From Blepharisma stoltei ATCC 30299 (lineage: Eukaryota > Protista > Ciliophora): 64,000 bases of DNA. Below the pieces are notes generated by a model, which was given only the letters and a program-made list of their open reading frames with translations, made no database searches and was not told the DNA's origin. The translations under genes were made by a program, and so were the position numbers. The DNA lies in the NCBI GenBank assembly GCA_965603825.1, contig CBFDEM010000032.1, positions 771,078 to 835,077 on the forward strand, given 5' to 3'. Shown in pieces: positions 55,056-64,000 of the stretch. The stretch's first letter is position 1. Each line of letters starts with the position of its first letter.

Positions 55056-55874
55056 ATGTCTGATAAATATCTGACTCCTCCTGGCCGACCACATCCCCAA
55101 AGAAAGATCAAAGCAAACATAAGTAAAAGAAACAGCCAAGAAGCTATGGAATTCAACATACAGCAAGCTCTAAACCCTGGAAATTTATTAATCTCAGATA
55201 GAGCACTGATGGAAAGACATGGAAAAGTAACTGAAGAGACTAAACAAAGAGCAGCTCCTACAAAATTATCAATAGGATCATTTCCTATTATAGTAAGCAC
55301 AAACTCGAAATTGCCTGAGCCTGAATTTCCACCAAATGATCCTGAAGGAGAAGCAGAAACTCCAATAAGCTATCCAATAATTATTCTATTTAAAACAGGC
55401 CATGCTTTTCCACTGGAAGTGCATGCGACTGATACAGTTGCAGATGTGAAAAATCAAATTTCGAAATGGGAACTGATTCCTACAGCTAGACAAAGGCTTA
55501 AATTTTCAGGGAGACGTTTACTTAATCATGAAACTATGGCTGGCATTAATGTGAAAAAAGGTGATATTTTAGAGTTTTGTTTAATATCCAATAACAGTCG
55601 CCAAGCTCCACAAACGCCTAGCAATCCAAGTGGTAATGAATCTTTAATTTATCTTAAATCAATGGAAGGACGGACTATTAAGCTTTATATTGATCTAACC
55701 GAATCCGTAAAAAGCTTGAAACTAAAAATCATGGATGCTAAAGGAATTGTGCCAAGAGAGCAAAGGCTGATTTTAAATGGCCAAGAAATGATAGAAATTG
55801 ATAGAAGTCTAGAGAGTTATGGGGTTCATAACGAAAGCACAATTCGTCTTTTTCAAATGCTGAGAGGGTGCTAA
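55056..55874 (+). CDS. Tandem two-domain ubiquitin-like protein ending LRGC, 272 aa
   Basis: UBL1 'LEVHATDTVADVKNQI...IP..RQRLKFSGRRL'; UBL2 'IYLKSMEGRTI...ESVKSLKLKI...GI...EQRLILNG...SLESYGVHNESTIRL...LRGC'. Confidence 0.88.
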   Translation: MSDKYLTPPGRPHPQRKIKANISKRNSQEAMEFNIQQALNPGNLLISDRALMERHGKVTEETKQRAAPTKLSIGSFPIIVSTNSKLPEPEFPPNDPEGEAETPISYPIIILFKTGHAFPLEVHATDTVADVKNQISKWELIPTARQRLKFSGRRLLNHETMAGINVKKGDILEFCLISNNSRQAPQTPSNPSGNESLIYLKSMEGRTIKLYIDLTESVKSLKLKIMDAKGIVPREQRLILNGQEMIEIDRSLESYGVHNESTIRLFQMLRGC

Positions 55875-56979
55875 AGAAGATTAAACATTGTTAATATCTA
55901 GTTAAAATGATAAAAAGTCTAATTAATATTTTAAATGAAGTTTGATAGGATTAATATGTACTTTATAGCAATAGCATTCTTTGAAAGCCATCGAGTATTT
56001 TAATCATGATAAGTAAAGTGTGAAAGATTCAATTACAATCAGTAATCGTACATGTGATAAAGTTATTACTCATAGATTTGGACTGATTATATTTTTACTT
56101 TCCAATTTTATCTTTATGCAAAAGAAATAGTAAATAATGAATAAAAGTTAAGAACTACAAATATTTATTTACAATAATTAGTACTCATAAAAGCTAATTC
56201 AATAAAAAAATTAAAACACTTGAAATGTTTCAGCTGCTGATAAAAAAATCATTGATTGATTTTAGGCTTTTGCATTATGTAAAAGCTAAGCTATTATTGT
56301 TGAATTAATTTCTGCTATGGCTAAATGCTTTGAGAAATAAAGAATGCAATGAATTATACATATTTTCTGACTCAATAATTCCTATTTTACTAGGAAGTAT
56401 CAAACTAAGATTTTTATATTTTGCAATTAATTAAGTCTAAACACCAGCACAACGACCATTATTTTTATATTTGTTTTATAAATTAATTAAAGTAAGCTAA
56501 ATTTTTTTATTGCAGGAATCCAATATTTCAGAGTTATCATAAAAATGACTCAGCACTTTGCATAATGCAAATGCCTATAAATTCTTAATAATCCTGCTAC
56601 AGTAAGTCCTGCAGCAATTCTTGCAATTTACATAAGCTCATATTTCCGTTTTAAAAGCTACTCATATTGATTATTTTATATGAATACAGATAAAATAAAA
56701 ATATATATTTTCAGTTGCGGCCAGAGCATAAATAATACAAGATTAGAATTTTAAAAATCTTTGAGTTCATATCCATCTTCATTTAGGCATTATGCTGATT
56801 TTATGCTGAATGCAAAAATATAAGCTCACTATAAATTGATGTCTCCTTTTTAATATAATGTAAAATCCAGCGCATTTTAAACAGTAAAATTAAAAACCCA
56901 AGGAATTTATCGTTCATTTTTAAATATTTATGCAGATATTACCTCAAAGATGATTTTAGTTAATCTTTAATATTTTATC

Positions 56980-59900
56980 TTACTTGTTGAACATAAGACC
57001 AGGAAAAGGGACACAAATTTGTCCACTATTATAGAATCCTGAGCTGCACGCACAAACTTTAGCCCACTCGACATAATATGCATTTGGATCCAAGCAAGTG
57101 CACGAATTCCCAACCAAGACCATATGGGCCGAGTCGTAGCAGCTCAAGCATTGGTTATCAGTGCACTGAGAACAGCTTGGCCCACATGCGTTACAAACAT
57201 TATTGTAATAGCCATAAGGGCATTCACACTTCAGTGTAGTTTGGTTAAATACTGCATTTGGGTCAATGCAGCTGCACACTCCATCATTTAAAATCATATT
57301 TTTTTCATCAGAGCAAGAAGTGCATGTTACACCATCCTCTAAGCAGCCATAACAAGTAGCAAGGCAAGATACACATGATGAGCTGTCGTTATAATAGCCT
57401 AAATTGCATTCGCATTGATGGGTTGTAGTATTGAATTCAGAGTTAATATCTGGACAAACACAAATTCCATCAATATAAATGTAATCAGAAGTGCAAGAGG
57501 TGCAAACGGAGTTAGATGTGCATTTGGCACAAGTTTCGGGGCATGGGAGACATGAATAAGTCGAATTCATGTAAAATCCATTATTGCAAATGCAGCCTCC
57601 ACTTAGAAATGCATTCGGATCACAAGTGCATACTCCATTTTGAACCATAAAGGTCGGCTGGCATGATGTGCATATAGAATTACTTGTGCATACATTGCAA
57701 TAATTACCACAATTCTGGCATCCGCAGGTACTGCAACTTCTATACTGCCCAGCAGGACAGTAACAATCATTTAACTCTGTATTGTAAGCCAAGCCACTTT
57801 GACAGATGCATTGTATTACATTTCCAACATAGCTTGTCGTCATTCAATATCCCTCGCAAGTTGCACAATCACCATTAGAGTATATTGACTGGCATGTACG
57901 ACTTTGGGTGCAGCAATGATTATAGTTATCACATGAGTAGAAATTATTTTCACAAGCACAACTATAGTAAGCAGTACTTCATGTTTGGTTTTGAGGGCAT
58001 TCTTGTAAGCAAGTTCCATCCAGTGAACAAGAAGGGCAACCACAATAAGCACATTCATTCCCATTTCAGTATGTAGGACCCTCATAGCTGCATATGCAAT
58101 TATTCAAAGTAGAATTGTAATATCCATATCGGCATTGACACTGTGAATTATAATTATTCATAGAAGCAATGCACTCTATACAGCCAACATTATTTCACTT
58201 AATGCAGCCAGGAATTTGATTATCTGGGTTGCAGTCATAATTATCAGTAGTATAATAACCAGAATTGCAAAAACAATCTTTCAATACTGTACTATAATAC
58301 ATATTAGGAGTTGTGCAATAGCATTGACCTTTATATATTCACATATTACTATAACGAGTGGTGATGCACTCCATGCATGAGCCATCCATTGAATATTGCA
58401 CACATGGACCTGTAATTTGGAGGCATTCGAGTGAGTTTCCAGTTTGGCTAGGTAAATATCCATTTAAGCATTGGCATGCATTAATAGAAATATTAAAAAA
58501 GGAATTTGGATCATTGCAGTAGCACATTCCAGAGCTCAAAGTCATATTAACTTCATCAATGCAGGATAAGCATCTATTACTCTCACAAGTACTGCATATT
58601 GGAGAGTGGCAGGCTGTGCATGCATTTCCATCATAATAATATTTCTCTTGGCAAATACAACTATTGCTGATTGGGTCATAAATTGTATTTGCTGCATTGC
58701 ATACACAATTTCCAGATACAACACTCATTTCTTGAGGATTTGAACAATAAATGCAGACATTGTTTGCAGTGCATGAAGAGCATTGCACAGGACAGGTAAT
58801 GCATACTCCATTGGCTAATTGATATCCTTTATCACAAATACATATTTTTTGGGTTGAGTTAAAGCTAGCATTCGGATCACTACAAGTACAAACGCCATTG
58901 AGCAAAGTCATATGGGCTTGATCAATACAATTTGTGCATGCCGTACTACTTTGGCAAGTTACACAAGTGGTTTGGCAGGCTCGACATATAGAATTGCTTG
59001 AAAAATATCCATCAAAGCACACACACGAATCTTTAGTTGTATCAAAAACTGCATTTGGGTCTTTGCATGTGCATGCCCCATTGCTTAGAATCATATTATT
59101 TGAGTCAAAGCAGCTTATGCAAGTAGCTTGGTTTACACATTGTTGGCATGGAGGCTGGCATTCAACGCATTCATTGCCGTGCCAGAAGAAATCATAGTCG
59201 CATGTACAATTATTTCCTGTAAAAGTGGAGTTTTCTGGACAAGCGCAAACTCCATTATCAATTGTCATGTGGATTGGATCTGCGCAGGTTAAGCATTCTG
59301 TGCTGTTTGTGCAAGTCATGCAAGTTTCATCGCAATTTTCACAGTTAGTGTTGTTCAGATAAGTCTTCACTGGACACACACATTGGTTTATCTGTGAATT
59401 GTAGTAAGAGCCACTTGGAGTGGTACAAACACAAATATTCAAAGAATTTAATGTCATTTGACTTGGGAGGATGCAAGAAGCACAGCTTGAAGCACTATTC
59501 GAGCAAGTTTCACATGGTAGAGAGCAGGCACTACAAATAAAGCCATTCATGTAGTATCCTCCATTGCATTGGCAAGAATTTGATTGAGGCGAGTAATAAG
59601 AGTTGCTTGGGGAGCATTGGCAATAGCCATTATCAAGAACCATTCTTGGGTCCACACAGGAACTACATTTAATTGCAGCTTGGGTGCTAAAACAATTTTG
59701 GCAGGGACCTTGACACATAAGACATTGGGTTTGGCTTGGGGGTTGATAATAGCCATTAGCGCAGACACAGCCATTTTTGCCGCTTGACTGAGAGTTAGAA
59801 ACAGTGCATGTACAAATGCCATTTATCAAAGTATATGGCAAATATCCAGAAGCTGCTGAGTAGCAGGATAAGCAGTTGTTTGAGCCAGTGCATAAAGGAC

Positions 59901-61587
59901 AGGAGCTTGGACATGAAATGCAATACCCTAAGCTTCCCATATACATCCCATCTGGACAAATACACAATAAACTAGTTGAGTTAAAAGTTGCTTTAGGATC
60001 AGTGCAAGCACAGTTTCCGGTAGTAAGAGTCATATGATTTGGGTCTATGCATGATAAGCATGATGATGTATTATTGCAAGTGGCACAAGTTGATAAGCAA
60101 GGGACACAAACTTGACTGCTATTGAAAAATAAGCCAATATTGCAAACACAGCTTACTTGAGTCATACTGAATGCAGAATTCTGAGGGCATGTGCATACAC
60201 CACTCGATAAAGTCATACGAGAGTCCACACAAGAAATACAGTTTGAAGCACTAGTGCAAAATCCGCAAGGTGGTTGGCAATTAGCACATGAAGGACCATT
60301 CATATATGACCCATTATAGCAAGTGCATAGTTGCGTTTTAGCATTGAAATACGAATTTTCCACTGAGCAAGTGCATATTCCATTAACTAACAACATATGT
60401 GTCAAATCAACACAAGTGTCGCAAAAAGTGCTATTGCTACAAGTCCCACATGATGCCTGGCAAGGCACACAAGCTGTATTGTTCATATAATACCCATTTG
60501 CACATTCACATAACCCTAATGTTTCGTTAAAAGCTGCATTAGGGTCCTTACAGCTGCAAACTCCTCCTATTAAATTCATATGAATAGCATCAGTGCAGGA
60601 AGTGCATACATCTTCACTATTACAGGCACTGCAAGTTGCATTACAAGTCTGGCAGAATTGTCCATTTGTCCATGTTCCAGTAGGACAGTTGCAAAGTAGT
60701 GTATTAGAGTTAAAAACTGACCCTTCAGGATTCGAACAATAACACCAGTTATTGTAAAGTGTCATTTGAGAAGGGCTTACGCAAGATAAACAGCTTGTTA
60801 AGCTTGAACATGTTGCACAGATAGAAGGACACGGAGCACATAAGTTGGTGCTATTTAAAAAATAGCCATTTTTGCAGATACAGGAACTTGTTGTGGGGAA
60901 GAATATTGAGTTTGGATCGGTGCAGTAGCAGACTCCATTTTTAATTGACATATGAGTTGGGTCATAGCATGTTACACAAGCACCTGTATTTGTATTGCAA
61001 ACTTTACAAGTCACAGTACAAGAAGCACCTAAGCTAGTATCGAACAACTCATCAAGCTTCTCAAGAATTTCATCAGTTTTGAAATAAGCTTTAGCTATAC
61101 CTTTAACTGTATCATAAATAGCTGAAATTTCGTTTTCTGCTAGAAGTAGGGGTATATTTATTTTTATGAGTCCTAATTTTTGATCATAAAATTGGCTCGA
61201 GCAGTCTTCAAGAACCAAAGGATTCTTTGAATTTTTATCATTTTTGACAATCAAAATGATATCTGAGGCTAACATCTTTAAAATGTCTAATTGGTCAAAT
61301 TCGGGACAAAACGGACTTTTTGACGAAGATGACAAAAGGGTTGTGAAAGTATCTTGAAGAAGGTAAGACACTATTTGAATTGAAGATTCGAGAAACTCTG
61401 TGAGAAATTGCTTTGAGACTCCATCAAAGTCACTGCTAGTATCAAAAATGTAGTCAATGCGGAGATGCTCAGGAGAAAGTTTTGATGGTGAAAGAAAAGG
61501 AGGATCTGTGAAACCTGGAATTTTGCTGGTCATAGAAAAGACAATGCTCAGGAGAAATGTAGAGAAAAGCTTAAGTCCAACTTTCAT
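56980..61587 (-). CDS. Large subtelomeric Cys-rich (furin-like/EGF/VSP-type repeat) secreted or surface protein, ~1535 aa
   Basis: Signal peptide MKVGLKLFSTFLLSIVFS; many roughly 60-aa 'C..C...C..C....C.SC.D...M.L..G.C.C.DPN..F' repeats. I checked 57844-58341 codon by codon: five TGA and no TAA/TAG, which joins the 1082-aa and 287-aa ORFs. Confidence 0.9.
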
Positions 61588-61966
61588 ATTTTATAATAAC
61601 CACGTTTTTCTTATTAAATTTAGACATTGAAGGTAATTAAAGTTATAATAGGCTAGATATCATGTTCCAAATCTTTTGTGTAATAAATCATTTTCTATAT
61701 ACTCCAAAATAAGGAGCGAATGATAGCAAAATAGCAAATTTATGATAAAATTATAGATCATGCAGAATTATATGCTTTATAGTATTCACTCGTAATAAAA
61801 AAGTAAGTATAAAACAATTAAAACATTTTATTTATATTCGGGCAAGATCAGCATTACATTGTGAGCTCAAAAGATTATATTTCAGGATTTTTATTAAATA
61901 TCTAAGGAAATTTAAGATTATTAGCTAGAATAGATATTAAATAGAAGTTTGCGCTATATTTATATC

Positions 61967-64000
61967 TAGGGTGTTAGGGTGTTAGGGTGTTAGGGTGTTA
62001 GGGTGTTAGGGTGTTAGGGTGTTAGGGTTGTTAGGGTGTTAGGGTGTTAGGGTGTTAGGGTGTTAGGGTGTTAGGGTGTTAGGGTGTTAGGGTGTTAGGG
62101 TGTTAGGGTGTTAGGGTGTTAGGGTGTTAGGGTGTTAGGGTTAGGGTGTTAGGGTGTTAGGGTGTTAGGGTGTTAGGGTGTTAGGGTGTTAGGGTGTTAG
62201 GGTGTGTTAGGGTGTTAGGGTGTTAGGGTGTTAGGGTGTAGGGTTAGGGTGTTAGGGTGTTAGGGTGTTAGGGTGTTAGGGTGTTAGGGTGTTAGGGTGT
62301 TAGGGTGTTAGGGTGTTAGGGTGTTAGGGTGTTAGGGTGTTAGGGTGTTAGGGTGTTAGGGTGTTAGGGTGTTAGGTGTTAGGGTGTTAGGGTGTTAGGG
62401 TGTTAGGGTGTTAGGGTGTTAGGGTGTTAGGGTGTTAGGGTGTTAGGGTGTTAGGGTGTTAGGGTGTTAGGGTGTTAGGGTGTTAGGGTGTTAGGGTGTT
62501 AGGGTGTTAGGGTGTTAGGGTGTTAGGGTGTTAGGGTGTTAGGGTGTTAGGGTGTTAGGGTGTTAGGGTGTTAGGGTTGTTAGGGTGTTAGGGTGTTAGG
62601 GTGTTAGGGTGTTAGGGTGTTAGGGGTGTTAGGGTGTTAGGGTGTTAGGGTGTTAGGGTGTTAGGGTGTTAGGGGTGTTAGGGTGTTAGGGTGTTAGGGT
62701 GTTAGGGTGTTAGGGTGTTAGGGTGTTAGGGTGTTAGGGTGTTAGGGTGTTAGGGTGTTAGGGTGTTAGGGTGTTAGGGTGTTAGGGTGTTAGGGTGTTA
62801 GGGTGTTAGGGTGTTAGGGTGTTAGGGTGTTAGGGGTGTTAGGGTGTTAGGGTGTTAGGGTGTTAGGGTGTTAGGGTGTTAGGGTGTTAGGGTGTTAGGG
62901 TGTTAGGGTGTTAGGGTGTTAGGGTGTTAGGGTGTTAGGGTGTTAGGGTGTTAGGGTGTTAGGGTGTTAGGGTGTTAGGGTGTTAGGGTGTTAGGGTGTT
63001 AGGGTGTTAGGGTGTTAGGGTGTTAGGGTGTTAGGGTGTTAGGGTGTTAGGGTGTTAGGGTGTTAGGGTGTTAGGGTGTTAGGGTGTTAGGGTGTTAGGG
63101 TGTTAGGGTGTTAGGGTGTTAGGGTGTTAGGGTGTTAGGGTGTTAGGGTGTTAGGGTGTTAGGGTGTTAGGGTGTTAGGGTGTTAGGGTGTTAGGGTGTT
63201 AGGGTGTTAGGGTGTTAGGGTGTTAGGGTGTTAGGGTGTTAGGGTGTTAGGGTGTTAGGGGTGTTAGGGTGTTAGGGTGTTAGGGTGTTAGGGTGTTAGG
63301 GTGTTAGGGTGTTAGGGTGTTAGGGTGTTAGGGGTGTTAGGGTGTTAGGGTGTTAGGGTGTTAGGGTGTTAGGGTGTTAGGGTGTTAGGGTGTTAGGGTG
63401 TTAGGGTGTTAGGGTGTTAGGGTGTTAGGGTGTTAGGGTGTTAGGGTGTTAGGGTGTTAGGGTGTTAGGGTGTTAGGGTGTTAGGGTGTTAGGGTGTTAG
63501 GGTGTTAGGGTGTTAGGGTGTTAGGGTGTTAGGGTGTTAGGGTGTTAGGGTGTTAGGGTGTTAGGGTGTTAGGGTGTTAGGGTGTTAGGGTGTTAGGGGT
63601 GTTAGGGTGTTAGGGTGTTAGGGTGTTAGGGTGTTAGGGTGTTAGGGTGTTAGGGTGTTAGGGTGTTAGGGTGTTAGGGTGTTAGGGTGTTAGGGTGTTA
63701 GGGTGTTAGGGTGTTAGGGTGTTAGGGTGTTAGGGTGTTAGGGTGTTAGGGTGTTAGGGTGTTAGGGTGTTAGGGTGTTAGGGTGTTAGGGTGTTAGGGT
63801 GTTAGGGTGTTAGGGTGTTAGGGTGTTAGGGTGTTAGGGTGTTAGGGTGTTAGGGTGTTAGGGTGTTAGGGTGTTAGGGTGTTAGGGTGTTAGGGTGTTA
63901 GGGTGTTAGGGTGTTAGGGTGTTAGGGTGTTAGGGTGTTAGGGTGTTAGGGTGTTAGGGTGTTTAGGGTGTTAGGGTGTTAGGGTGTTAGGGTGTTAGGG
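61967..64000 (+). repeat. Telomere, (TGTTAGGG)n / (CCCTAACA)n, about 254 units, running to the window end
   Basis: Near-perfect 8-mer array with the G-rich strand running 5'->3' toward the end; abrupt junction ...TATATC|TAGGGTGTTAGGG. Confidence 0.98.

Noticed and set aside
67-58341. Many short same-frame ORF fragments that look like pseudogenes or frameshifted genes
   Set aside because: The breaks are TGA at conserved Trp positions or 15/16-nt introns; the genes are intact under the ciliate code.
57844-58341. TGA as Cys (Euplotes-type) or selenocysteine in the Cys-rich protein
   Set aside because: The TGAs occupy aromatic positions (TY*NGNEC versus FFWHGNEC), Cys positions use TGT/TGC, and kinase and RCC1 evidence supports Trp.
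116-59822. Antisense and alternative-frame ORFs in the track (e.g. 116-397, 9204-9605, 21891-22295, 32435-32701, 58934-59197)
   Set aside because: Shadow ORFs of real genes; Ser/Phe/Leu-rich with non-ATG starts and no motifs.
61967-64000. CRISPR array or satellite
   Set aside because: No spacers; a terminal G-rich 8-mer in telomeric orientation.
1-64000. tRNA, rRNA, telomerase RNA or transposase genes
   Set aside because: No recognisable cloverleaf, rRNA or DDE/RT motifs by eye; an Infernal/tRNAscan run is needed to exclude them formally.

Overview
AT-rich, very gene-dense right end of a eukaryotic chromosome, ending in about 2.03 kb of (TGTTAGGG)n = (CCCTAACA)n telomere from 61967. Three features point to the macronuclear genome of a heterotrich ciliate, most likely Blepharisma: UGA is read as Trp while only TAA/TAG end genes; spliceosomal introns are 15-16 nt; and the telomere is an 8-mer. 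The supplied ORF track uses the standard code, so it fragments most genes; I re-joined them by hand into about 35 CDSs. Recognisable genes include an RCC1-repeat/pseudo-RasGAP fusion, a thioredoxin-ZZ protein, a cyclin, an NPF-repeat Nup98 with an inserted ubiquitin-like domain, CCDC77, a half-length listerin/LTN1, a pseudo-trypsin-Kelch protein, a TDY MAPK, a CCDC17-like protein, a candidate Rap1-like Myb protein, an inverted C2H2 pair, an ATG11-like protein, a head-to-head CEP19-like/FOP-like pair, Tfb4, a SHIPPO-repeat protein, a di-ubiquitin-like protein ending LRGC, and a large subtelomeric Cys-rich surface protein. Several genes are only 11-26 bp apart. No tRNA, rRNA, CRISPR array or transposon was recognisable. 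All protein identities come from motif recall by eye, not database searches.
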